This document shows positions 40,855-49,643 of a DNA stretch of 64,000 nucleotides, piece by piece. Where the stretch lies: positions 124,001 to 188,000 of the forward strand of contig NZ_SMNA01000005.1 of assembly GCF_004353825.1 (NCBI RefSeq), given 5' to 3'. Positions within the stretch are counted from its first letter, which is position 1, and every line of letters starts with the position of its first letter. The translations under genes and the position numbers were made by a program. The notes below the pieces were generated by a model, which was not told the DNA's origin, did not search any database, and worked only from the letters and a program-made list of their open reading frames with translations. Source of the DNA: Occultella glacieicola (GTDB taxonomy: Bacteria > Actinomycetota > Actinomycetes > Actinomycetales > Beutenbergiaceae).

Positions 40855-41573
40855 GACTGCCATCCTCGTCCGCCCTCGCCCGCTCGTACAGGAACACTCC
40901 CGGCAGTTCCCAGGCAGATTCCGAGGAACTCGGAACGCCTCGGGTCCTGTTGCAGCACACCGTGCAGCGCGCTGGTCACGGTCCGGGTACCGCGCACCCC
41001 AACGCCGCGCAGGGACATGCACTCGTGCTCGGCCGCGAGCACCACCCCGACGCCGCGCGGGTCCAGCCGCTCGTCCAGGAAGTCGGCGACCTGCTGGGTG
41101 AGGCGCTCCTGGACCTGCAGGTCGCGGGCGAAGTGCTGCACCACGCGCGCCAGCTTGGACAGGCCCACCAGGCTCGCTCCGGGCAGGTAGGCCACGTGTG
41201 CGACGCCGGTGAACGGGAGCAGGTGGTGCTCGCACAGGGAGTGGAACGGGATGTCGCGGACCAGCACGAGTTCGCGGTAGCCCTCGTCGTTGTCGAACGT
41301 GGTGAGGGTGAGCGCGCGCGGGGTGAGCAGTTCCAGGTAGGCGTCCACGACCCGTCGGGGCGTGTCCCGCAGGTGCGGTCCACGCACGTCACGGCCGAGG
41401 GCCGCGAGGAGGTCGCCGACGGCGGTGATCGCCTTCGCGCGGTCGATCGGTGGGTCGTCGGACAGCCCGTGCCGGCGGTCGACGGCGTCGCTTCCGTCGG
41501 CGGCGTCGCGCGGACGCCCGGGGGCGGACCGAAGGCTCGGCGGCTCGGCGGTGAGGGTGGTCAGGTCGTCCAT
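40851..41573 (-). CDS. folE: GTP cyclohydrolase I
   Basis: DTPRRV, SLCEHHLLPF, GLSKLAR, LQVQERLT, HECMSLRG. Confidence 0.95.
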   Translation of the reverse strand: MDDLTTLTAEPPSLRSAPGRPRDAADGSDAVDRRHGLSDDPPIDRAKAITAVGDLLAALGRDVRGPHLRDTPRRVVDAYLELLTPRALTLTTFDNDEGYRELVLVRDIPFHSLCEHHLLPFTGVAHVAYLPGASLVGLSKLARVVQHFARDLQVQERLTQQVADFLDERLDPRGVGVVLAAEHECMSLRGVGVRGTRTVTSALHGVLQQDPRRSEFLGICLGTAGSVPVRAGEGGRGWQS

Positions 41574-41643
41574 GGACCGACCGTAGATCCGCTCCAGAAC
41601 CCTCGTCCAGCAGAGTTGTTTTTAGAAGCGTACAGTCGCCGTC

Positions 41644-42297
41644 ATGGTCGAGGACCCCACCCACCGGCTCGCTGCGCTGGAGCACCCGACGCGCCGCGCG
41701 CTGTACGACCTGATCGCCGAGGCCACCGAGCCCGTAGGTCGGGAGACCGCCGCGGGTGCGCTCGGGCTGAGCCGCAGCACCGCAGCGTTCCACCTGGACG
41801 CACTGGCCGACGCGGGTCTGCTCGACGTGGAGTTCCAGCGACTGGGCGGGCGCCGCGGTCCCGGGGCCGGCCGCCCGACGAAGCTGTACACCCGCGCCGC
41901 CGAGGAGATCTCGGTGTCCGTGCCGCCCCGGCACTACGAGCTCGCCGCGGACCTGTTCGCCGGGGCGATCGCCGAGTCCGCACGCACCGGCGCCGGCGTC
42001 CGGGACGTGCTCCGCGAGCGCGCAGCCGCCGACGGCCGCGCTCGCGGCGTGCGCGCGGGCACGTTCGAGGCAGCGCTGGCGAGCGTGGGCTTCACCCCGC
42101 GCCAGGAGCCGGCCGGCGACCTGGTGATGGGCAACTGCCCGTTCCATCAGCTCGCGCAGGCGCACACCGAACTGGTCTGCGACCTCAACTACTCGCTCGT
42201 GCGGGGCATGGCCGAGGGCACGTCGTGCGGGCGCCGAGTGGTCGCCGATCCCGGCGCCGGTCGCTGTTGCGTGCGGGCCGAGGCCCGATCCGAGTAG
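41644..42297 (+). CDS. ArsR-like HTH regulator with Cys-rich C-terminus
   Basis: AAFHLDALADAGLL, GAGRPTKLY, NCPFH..VC..N...RCC. Confidence 0.88.
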   Translation: MVEDPTHRLAALEHPTRRALYDLIAEATEPVGRETAAGALGLSRSTAAFHLDALADAGLLDVEFQRLGGRRGPGAGRPTKLYTRAAEEISVSVPPRHYELAADLFAGAIAESARTGAGVRDVLRERAAADGRARGVRAGTFEAALASVGFTPRQEPAGDLVMGNCPFHQLAQAHTELVCDLNYSLVRGMAEGTSCGRRVVADPGAGRCCVRAEARSE

Positions 42298-42362
42298 GGG
42301 CCCTGCCAGCTCTGGCACCGATTGGGGACGGCGGAACCCGCTCACCACGGTACGTTCCACGT

Positions 42363-43052
42363 ATGGACCGGCCCACCCAGCTTCGGGTCGTGCTCGCGGA
42401 GGACAGCTACCTGATCCGCGAGGGGTTACGGCTGCTCGTCGGCTCGGTCCCGGACCTCGACCTGGTCGCCGCGGTCGATTCGCTCCCCGGCCTGCTGGCC
42501 GCCGTGGCGGACCATCGGCCGGACGCGGTGGTGACCGACATCCGGATGCCACCCACGCACGTCGACGAGGGCATCCGGGCGGCCGAGCAGTTGGCCAGCG
42601 AGCATCCGGGAGTCGGCGTGGTGGTGCTGTCGAACTACGTCGAACCGGAGTGGGCGCTGCGATTGTTCGAGCCGACCTCGGCCAGGCGTGCCTACCTGCT
42701 CAAAGAGCGGGTCGGAGACCTCGCCCAAGTGCTGGCGGCGGTCAACGCGGTGGCGGCCGGCGGCACCGTGTTGGACCCGATGGTGGTCGACGCCCTGGTG
42801 CAGGCCCGCGAGCGGCGGGAGGCGTCGCTCCTGTCACGGCTGACGCCTCGGGAACTGGAGATCCTCTCCCGCGTCGCTATCGGTGACTCCAACGCCCGGA
42901 TCGCCGAGGAGCTCGTCCTCACCGAACGCACCGTCGAGAAGCACATCACCTCGGTGCTGGCCAAGCTCGGGCTCGACCCGCACGACTCCGCGGCCCATCG
43001 CCGGGTTCGCGCCGTCCTGGTCTACCTCGCCGCGGTCGGCGACCAGGAGTGA
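42363..43052 (+). CDS. NarL/LuxR family response regulator
   Basis: VVLAEDS, TDIRMPP, YLLK, LTPRELEIL..N..IA..L...TVEKH. Confidence 0.95.
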   Translation: MDRPTQLRVVLAEDSYLIREGLRLLVGSVPDLDLVAAVDSLPGLLAAVADHRPDAVVTDIRMPPTHVDEGIRAAEQLASEHPGVGVVVLSNYVEPEWALRLFEPTSARRAYLLKERVGDLAQVLAAVNAVAAGGTVLDPMVVDALVQARERREASLLSRLTPRELEILSRVAIGDSNARIAEELVLTERTVEKHITSVLAKLGLDPHDSAAHRRVRAVLVYLAAVGDQE

Positions 43053-45131
43053 GGGCTGGGCCGCGCCGAGGGCGGACCGAACGGGTGGCAAGGACGAGCC
43101 GGACGTTGGGATGCTGACGCTGACCCGGGTGCCCTCCCCCGGTGCGGAACGCACCCGCGCCACGCCACCCAGGGCACTCACCCGGTCCGTGATCCCGTCC
43201 AGACCTGACCGCACCACGGTCGCTGGGTCGAAACCGCGGCCGTCGTCGGTGACCGTGAACTCCAGCTCGTCGGGCTCGCAGGAGATGTCCACCCGGATCG
43301 CGGCGGCGTTGGCGTGGCGTCCTGCGTTCTGGACCGCCTCGACGCAGGTGAAGTAGGCCGCGCCCTCCACCGCGCGCGGGTACCGGGCGTTGCCGGTCTG
43401 CTCGACGGTGACCGGCAGCGCGATGTCGCGCAGGTGGGCACGCAGGCCGGGCGGGAAGCCCAACTGATCCAGCACCGGCGGGTGCAGGCCCCGGGCCAGT
43501 GCGCGCAGGTCCCGGATCGCGGCGTCAACGTCGTCCGCGAGCCGGCCGAGCGCATCGGCGAGTTCGCGGCCGTCGCTCTCGGCCAGGTTCCGGTGCAGCT
43601 CGCCGAGGTGCAGCTTCACGGCGATCAGCCGCGCCTGGGCGCCGTCGTGGACGTCGCGCTCGAGCTCGCGGCGGGCCTGGTCCTGCGCCTGGACGATCCG
43701 CTGCCGAGAGGCGCGGGTTTCAGCGAGCTGCTCCGTCAGCACCTGGGTCAGCCGATCGTTCTCGAGCAGCACCGAGAGCAGCCGGGCCACGTCCTGGAGC
43801 AACTGTGCCGTCGCCGGCAGCAGGTCCTTCGCGGCCCGGGCGTAGACCCGGATCTCCCCGAGCCGGCGGGCACCGTCGCTCACGCCGGCACGGCACCTCG
43901 ACGGCCCGCCGTCGACCGCGCCGACCCCCACGACGGTCGCCGGGCCCCCGGCCACCGCGAGTTCGATCTCGACCCGCGCGGCGCCGGTGGCACTCAGCAC
44001 CATCTCGGCGACATCGGTCGCGGTCGCCGCGTCCACCGTCCCACCGTGGTCGGCCAGTCGGGACAGGACCTCGGCTCGGTCGGTCCGGTCGCCGTAGAGC
44101 AGCCGGTCGACGCCGCGGCCCAGCAGCCGCCGGGTCGGCTCGACCAGCAGCGCGAGCGCGGCGACGGCCAGCAGCGGCAGCACCGGGTCGCTGGTGCGGG
44201 ATCCGACGAGCCGGCCGATCCAGACCACGACCAGCAGGTAGGCGAGCGCCACCAGCGCCGACAGCACCGTGACCACGCCACGCTTGCCCACGACCGGCTC
44301 CAGGTCGTGCAACCGGAACCTGGCGATCGCGACACCATAGGTGACCAGGAACGCACCGATCCCGACGTGCACCAGCGGGATCCACACCTGCGGCCACGGG
44401 TAGGTCACGATCGCCAGCAGTGCGACGGCGATGAGGACGCCGCCCACGGCCTCGAACCGGCGCCGCTGCAGCCCGCTGGCACGCCAGCGGAGCACGAACG
44501 AGGCCACGCCCGCGACCGCGACGGACAGCGTGAGTACCCCACCCGTCACGAACAGCACCCCGACGGCGGCCGGCGGGTCGGCAGGGGCCCAGTCCGCCGT
44601 CGGCCATGCGTCGACTGCGGCCCCGGTCATCAGCAGCGCGGCGGCCGCGGCCGCGACGGCGGGCACCCACCGCAGGCGCGGCATGCGCAACTCACCGTCC
44701 GGGAAGTACGCGATCAGCAGCACCGCCAGGATGGCGGGAGGCACCCACAACGCGTTCATCAGCAGCAACGGCACCGCCGCGGACAGCGGAAGGTCCGCCG
44801 GGACGAGCCCGTGGTCACCGACCAGGGCTAGCGTGTGGCCGGCCGCGAACAGCTGGAGATCGGCCACCGTCGCCGTGAGCACGTGCGCTGACTGGAGCAC
44901 CCCCATCGCGAACAGGATCCGCCCGGCGCCGTGGCCGGGGAAGCGCCGCAGGACGACGTAGCCGAACCACAGCGACAGCACCCCGGCCGGCCCGTTCAGT
45001 ACGATCCAGAGCCCATAGAAGACCTCCGGACGTCGCCCTCGCGCCGCGAGCAGCAGCACACACCCGAGCACCGTCGCGGTGCCGAGCCACGCGACGGCGA
45101 GCAGTGGGCTGGTGCGGGCTGAGGCCGACAC
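42834..45131 (-). CDS. Membrane sensor histidine kinase (HisKA_3 type)
   Basis: Many TM helices; ERDVHDGAQ H-box, EAVQNAGRHA, DDGRGF, GEGT. Start GTG 45131 is inferred. Confidence 0.9.
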   Translation of the reverse strand: MSASARTSPLLAVAWLGTATVLGCVLLLAARGRRPEVFYGLWIVLNGPAGVLSLWFGYVVLRRFPGHGAGRILFAMGVLQSAHVLTATVADLQLFAAGHTLALVGDHGLVPADLPLSAAVPLLLMNALWVPPAILAVLLIAYFPDGELRMPRLRWVPAVAAAAAALLMTGAAVDAWPTADWAPADPPAAVGVLFVTGGVLTLSVAVAGVASFVLRWRASGLQRRRFEAVGGVLIAVALLAIVTYPWPQVWIPLVHVGIGAFLVTYGVAIARFRLHDLEPVVGKRGVVTVLSALVALAYLLVVVWIGRLVGSRTSDPVLPLLAVAALALLVEPTRRLLGRGVDRLLYGDRTDRAEVLSRLADHGGTVDAATATDVAEMVLSATGAARVEIELAVAGGPATVVGVGAVDGGPSRCRAGVSDGARRLGEIRVYARAAKDLLPATAQLLQDVARLLSVLLENDRLTQVLTEQLAETRASRQRIVQAQDQARRELERDVHDGAQARLIAVKLHLGELHRNLAESDGRELADALGRLADDVDAAIRDLRALARGLHPPVLDQLGFPPGLRAHLRDIALPVTVEQTGNARYPRAVEGAAYFTCVEAVQNAGRHANAAAIRVDISCEPDELEFTVTDDGRGFDPATVVRSGLDGITDRVSALGGVARVRSAPGEGTRVSVSIPTSGSSLPPVRSALGAAQPSLLVADRGEVDQDGANPAMGRGVVRVEPELGQHRGDVLLDGAFGEDELLGDPGVGVTDSDAGEDLQFPRRQP

Positions 45132-45186
45132 CCTTTGAGTATCTGCCCAGCCTTCGCCCAGTGGAAGTGCGGCCAGCCACACGACC

Positions 45187-45208
45187 GTGGTGCGGCCCAC
45201 CGCACCAC
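45187..45208. promoter_or_regulatory. Perfect inverted repeat GTGGTGCGG-CCCA-CCGCACCAC, candidate response-regulator site
   Basis: Lies between the divergent kinase and membrane-protein genes. Confidence 0.55.
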
Positions 45209-45314
45209 AGGTTCGGAGCCAGCAGGCTGGCTCGGCTCGTGGCTTCGGAGCACGCTCGAAGGTGCCGGCCACACCTTGCCCGTTGCTCACCCGCACCGAC
45301 CTGTAGGAGAAACC

Positions 45315-45953
45315 ATGGCCACCACGACCCGCACCGTCGCGGCACCCACGACGGTCACGATGCCTTTGTTGTTCCCGGTCGCCATGATCGTGGCGCCGAT
45401 CCTGCTCATGGCCAGCACGTTCGCCTTCCTCAGCGTGGGCGGCGGCATCAACGACGGCATCGTCGGCGGCGTCCTCACCGTCTGGGCGGTCATGGCGTTC
45501 GTCCTCGCCTTCGTCGGGTGCGCACGCATCCTCGAATCCCGGATGCCCAAGGGCGCACAGCTGTTGGCCTTCGGTGCCGCGGCCGTCGGTGCCGGTGGTG
45601 CCGGCTTCGGCATCTCCGCCATCTACGTCCAACTGTTGCGCGAGGACCACGCGATCGACGGCGTCGCGGCTGTGGACGCCCACCCGTTCGCGATCCTGGC
45701 CCTGCTGCCCTGGGGGTGGTTCATGCCGTTGACCTGCATCCTGGTCGGTGCGCTGCTCTGGCGGGCGCGCCTGCTCCCCTGGTGGCACGGCGTCCTGTTC
45801 ATCCTCGCCGGCGCGTTGTTCGTGACCGGCCGCCCGGCCCAGATCGGCGCCATCGCCGTCGCCACGGACGTCGTGTTCCTGGCCGCGTTCGTCGGTCTCG
45901 GTCTCCGGACGCTCGCCGCGCGGTCCGCCGCCGGCCGGACCGAACGGTCATGA
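45315..45953 (+). CDS. Hypothetical integral membrane protein (about 6 TM)
   Basis: RBS AGGAGA, ATG 45315, hydrophobic helices. Confidence 0.8.
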   Translation: MATTTRTVAAPTTVTMPLLFPVAMIVAPILLMASTFAFLSVGGGINDGIVGGVLTVWAVMAFVLAFVGCARILESRMPKGAQLLAFGAAAVGAGGAGFGISAIYVQLLREDHAIDGVAAVDAHPFAILALLPWGWFMPLTCILVGALLWRARLLPWWHGVLFILAGALFVTGRPAQIGAIAVATDVVFLAAFVGLGLRTLAARSAAGRTERS

Positions 45954-46555
45954 CCGTTCGGGACCGCCGGGGCGACGGCGGTCGTGCAGTCGCAGGGTCC
46001 GGCGCCACCCAGGCCGTGCGGACGGCCCACGCCGCGCTCCTGGGAGCCGTGTGCGGCCTCGCCTGGGCGGCCTCTCTCCGGGCGTTGATGGCCGAACTCG
46101 CCGCGCCGTCACGGATGGACTGGTTCGGCACGTTCGGCGGAATCCTCCTACCGGGCGCGGCAGTCGGTGCCTTGCTCGCAAGCGCCTGGGCCCGCGGTGC
46201 CGCGGGCCGGGCCAACCGGATCGGCTGGTTCGCGCTCGCCCCGCTGGCGTTCGCGATCACGCTCGGCCCCGGCCAGTTGGCGTTCGCGGCACTCACCATC
46301 GCCGGCGGCTACGCCCTTGGTGCCCATGGCCGGGGCTGGCTCCGGATCGCCTGCGCGATCCTCGGTGCCGCCTTCCTGATCGCCCTGGTCGTCTCGCTGC
46401 CGCTGGTCGGCGGCGCGAGTTACGCCCTCACCGAGCCCCGTGGCGCCTGGCTGGCCGTTCTCGGCGCATCGCTGACGATCCTGATCATGGTCGCCGAAGC
46501 GATCCCGTTCCGGTACGCCTCCCGGCCGAGCGTCGGTCCCGGTCCTCGGAGTTGA
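45950..46555 (+). CDS. Hypothetical integral membrane protein
   Basis: ATGA overlap with the upstream gene; GLAWAASLRALM..TFGGILLPG and several TM helices. Confidence 0.75.
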   Translation: MTVRDRRGDGGRAVAGSGATQAVRTAHAALLGAVCGLAWAASLRALMAELAAPSRMDWFGTFGGILLPGAAVGALLASAWARGAAGRANRIGWFALAPLAFAITLGPGQLAFAALTIAGGYALGAHGRGWLRIACAILGAAFLIALVVSLPLVGGASYALTEPRGAWLAVLGASLTILIMVAEAIPFRYASRPSVGPGPRS

Positions 46556-46595
46556 TGGCCGGTGCGAGTCGGCGCACCACCGACCGTCGCCACGC
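46536..46595 (+). repeat. Degenerate copy of the SDR gene 3' end (direct repeat of 47410-47470)
   Basis: 21-bp identity GTCCCGGTCCTCGGAGTTGAT at 46536 and 47410, with similarity continuing for about 40 bp. Confidence 0.85.
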
Positions 46596-46694
46596 GCGGG
46601 TCTGACCGCGCTCGGATGGTGGGGCATCCCGAGACCGTTCGGCGGGCCTGGCAGCCGCCCGATCCCGGCGACGCGCCCTGACGGCACCGTCACT

Positions 46695-47090
46695 TCAAGC
46701 GTGGCGCACCGCGGGGACGTCCGTCTTGGTGAAGCCCTCGCTCTTGAAGAGAAGTGGTGCGTCGTGGACGCGGGCGACGGCGTAGGCGAGGCAGTCACCG
46801 TAGTTCAGGCCGGCCTGATGACGGCCCTTTCCGAAGCGCCGCCAGGCTTCGAGCGCTTCCCTGGCGTGCCTTCGTTCGAACGCGACAACCTCGTCGACCG
46901 CGCCGGCCACGAGCAGGTCGAGGTCGCGGGTCGCGTCGGGCCCCTGCCGGGCTTCGACGACGATCGAGGTCTCCACCAGGGTGACTGCGCCGACGATCGC
47001 CGGCTGGCTCTGCAACGCACGCAGCATCGCCTCAGCCTCTGGCTCTCCGAGGACGATCGCGACGAGCGCCGAGGAGTCGACAGCGATCAC
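46695..47090 (-). CDS. vapC: VapC PIN-domain toxin
   Basis: AVDSSALVAI..E, LVE, GKGRHQAGLNYGDCLAYA, LLFK..F.KTD. Confidence 0.95.
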   Translation of the reverse strand: MIAVDSSALVAIVLGEPEAEAMLRALQSQPAIVGAVTLVETSIVVEARQGPDATRDLDLLVAGAVDEVVAFERRHAREALEAWRRFGKGRHQAGLNYGDCLAYAVARVHDAPLLFKSEGFTKTDVPAVRHA

Positions 47091-47332
47091 GTGGGCAGCC
47101 CATCCGCGTCGTAGCCGAGGATGTCGTCCTCGCCACGCCTGTCGAGGGTCCGCCGGGTCCGACCTCGGCGAATGATGTCGGAAAGATCCTGGTCCTTGGT
47201 CGGAGACCGGCGGAGCCTGTCGAGCCGCTCCTGGATGGCTTGCCGCGTGGCCACCGTGATCGACTCGCCGGTCGTTGCGGACAGTTCACGAGCCAGGCGA
47301 TCCGTCTCAGGATCCTTGATGTTCAATGCCAT
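47087..47332 (-). CDS. vapB: VapB antitoxin (Rv0623/VapB30-like)
   Basis: MALNIKDPETDRLARELS..TGESIT.A...DDILGYD..GLP; GTGA overlap with vapC. Confidence 0.93.
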   Translation of the reverse strand: MALNIKDPETDRLARELSATTGESITVATRQAIQERLDRLRRSPTKDQDLSDIIRRGRTRRTLDRRGEDDILGYDADGLPT

Positions 47333-47406
47333 CCATCCATACTGGCAGGAAGAATTCCTCCTGACAATCTTCCTCGGGTGCTGGGTCGCGCGGTCTGCGG
47401 GTTATC

Positions 47407-48177
47407 TCAGTCCCGGTCCTCGGAGTTGATCGACGACGCGAGCCGACGCACCAGCGACCGCGGCGCCACCCGGGACAGGAACGCGATCGTTCGGTAGAGA
47501 GCGCCCGGCACGCTCAGCACGACGCCGCGCTCGAGGTCCCGCAGCGAGGTCTCCACGAGGTGGTCGACGTCGACGTACATCCAGCCCGGCATCCTCGACA
47601 TGTCGATCTCGGCGCGTTCGTGGAACTCGGTCCGCACGAATCCCGGGCACAGCGCCTGGATCCGAACGCCATGGGCGGCGACGTCGGTCGCGAGCCCCTC
47701 GGAGAACGCCAGCACCCACGCCTTCGAGGCCGAGTAGGTGCTGCCCCGCCCGGGCAGCAGGGCGGAGATCGAGGAGACGTTGATGATGGCGCCGGTGCCA
47801 CGGTCGACCATCCCGGGCAGCGCGGCGTGGCTCAGCCGCAGTACGGCCTCGACGTTCACCGCCAACTGCCGGCGCAGGTCCGGCTCGTCGGCATCCAGGA
47901 ACGGGGTGCCGACGGCGAGGCCCGCGTTGTTCACGAGGGTGCGGATATCGGGCCGGCCGAGCCGAGTGGCGACGGCGTCCATGCCGGCGTCGGTGGCCAG
48001 GTCGGCGCCGAGCACCTCCACGCGCGGGGAACCCGCGGCCCGGCACTCCGCCGCGATCTCCTCGAGCCGGTCGGTATTGCGGGCGACCAGCACGAGGGTG
48101 TTGCCGCGCCGCGCGAGGTGCCGGGCGAACGCGAGGCCGATGCCGGACGAGGCGCCGGTGATGAGAGCGGTTGGCAT
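47407..48177 (-). CDS. Short-chain dehydrogenase/reductase
   Basis: TGASSGIG, NNAG, NVSS, YSASK, PGFVRTEF. Confidence 0.95.
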   Translation of the reverse strand: MPTALITGASSGIGLAFARHLARRGNTLVLVARNTDRLEEIAAECRAAGSPRVEVLGADLATDAGMDAVATRLGRPDIRTLVNNAGLAVGTPFLDADEPDLRRQLAVNVEAVLRLSHAALPGMVDRGTGAIINVSSISALLPGRGSTYSASKAWVLAFSEGLATDVAAHGVRIQALCPGFVRTEFHERAEIDMSRMPGWMYVDVDHLVETSLRDLERGVVLSVPGALYRTIAFLSRVAPRSLVRRLASSINSEDRD

Positions 48178-48393
48178 GCAGGAAGCCTAAGCCGGGTACC
48201 GCCGTCGGGCCTTTCAGGTAGGCGCCGTGCGCTTCCGCGGAAGCGCGCCGAGATAGGACCTGACGCGTCGACCTCGTACCCGCCGATGTACGAAGTCAGC
48301 ACGGCAGGTCCTAGGTCACCGAACGGGCGAGGGCCAGGAGGGCGGGCGAGGGCCGGGGCGCCACGGGGCGGGCCGAAGGGCGCGGGTTCGGGC

Positions 48394-49584
48394 TCAGCCG
48401 GTGGTGAGCCGGGTCAGGCCGCGCTTGATGCCGCGGACCGCCTGCCCGATCCGCTGCTCGTTCTCGATGAGAGCAAACCGCACGAAGCCCTCCCCGCCCG
48501 GGCCGAAGCCGACGCCGGGCGAGACGGCGACGTCGCACTCGTTGACCAAGTGGGTGGCGAACTGGATGGAGTCCAGGTCCCGGTACGGCTCCGGGATCCG
48601 GGCCCACGCGAACATGGTGCCCTTGGGTTTGAGGATGTCCCAGCCCACGCGGGCCAGGCCGTCGTAGAGGGCGTTGCGGCGTGACTCGTAGATGCCGCTC
48701 AGCTCGGCCGGGTACTCGGTCGCCTCGTTGAGCGTGACCGTGGCCGCGATCTGGATCGGCTGGAACGTGCCGTAGTCGAGGTAGCTCTTCAGCTGGGACA
48801 GCGCCTTGATAACGTCCCGCCGGCCCACCATGAACGCGACCCGCCAGCCGGCCATCGAGTACGACTTCGTCATCGAGTAGAGCTCGACGGCGACCTCGGT
48901 GGCCCCGTCGCACTGCATGATCGACGGCGGCGTCCACCCGTCGAAGCACATGTCCGCGTAGGCGAGGTCGTGCACCAGGGCGACGTCGCGGTCCCGGGCC
49001 CAGTCGACCAGGCGCTGCAGGTCGGCCAGTTCCACGGTGGAGGTGGTCGGGTTGTGCGGGAAGGACAGCACCACCACCCGTGGCTTGGGCCAGCCCAGCT
49101 CCCAGGCCTCCATCACCCGGTCGATGTAGCCGGCGCCGTCGGTGCCGTCGCCGATCGGGACCTGCCGGGTGTCGGCGCCGGCGAAGTAGGGGCCCCAGAT
49201 GTGGATCGGGTAGCTCGGCGTCGGCACGATCGCGGCGTCACCGGGGGCCAGCAGCACCCACATCAGGTGGCTGAAGCCCTCCTTCGCCCCGATCGTGGAG
49301 AGCACCTCGGCGTCCGGATCGAGGGTCACGCCGAACCGCCGCTGGTACAGGTTCGCCACCGCCAGGCGCAGGTTCGGGATGCCGCGGGAGGAGGAGTACC
49401 GGTGGTTGCGGGCATTGTGGGCGGCCTCGGCGAGCTTCTCGACGGCGATCGGCGGGGACGGCAGGTCCGGGTTGCCGAAGCCGAGGTCGATGACGTCCCG
49501 GCCGGCGCGACGGGCCTCCAGCTTGAGTCCGTCGATGATCGTGAACACGTACGGGGGCAGTCCCTCGATGCGGCGGAAGTCCAT
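48394..49584 (-). CDS. Class I/II PLP aminotransferase (AlaC-like)
   Basis: DLGFGNPD, TIGAKEG, FPHNPT, HDLAY, SMTKSYSMAGWRV. Confidence 0.92.
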   Translation of the reverse strand: MDFRRIEGLPPYVFTIIDGLKLEARRAGRDVIDLGFGNPDLPSPPIAVEKLAEAAHNARNHRYSSSRGIPNLRLAVANLYQRRFGVTLDPDAEVLSTIGAKEGFSHLMWVLLAPGDAAIVPTPSYPIHIWGPYFAGADTRQVPIGDGTDGAGYIDRVMEAWELGWPKPRVVVLSFPHNPTTSTVELADLQRLVDWARDRDVALVHDLAYADMCFDGWTPPSIMQCDGATEVAVELYSMTKSYSMAGWRVAFMVGRRDVIKALSQLKSYLDYGTFQPIQIAATVTLNEATEYPAELSGIYESRRNALYDGLARVGWDILKPKGTMFAWARIPEPYRDLDSIQFATHLVNECDVAVSPGVGFGPGGEGFVRFALIENEQRIGQAVRGIKRGLTRLTTG

Positions 49585-49643
49585 GCCGAAACGTTACCGC
49601 CGCGTGCTCCTCAGCGGCCGCGCAGGAGTGGCACAGTGGGGTC

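Noticed and set aside
40950..42362. 700-aa fusion ORF ending in the response regulator
   Set aside because: The upstream part overlaps folE and the HTH gene; the regulator starts at 42363.
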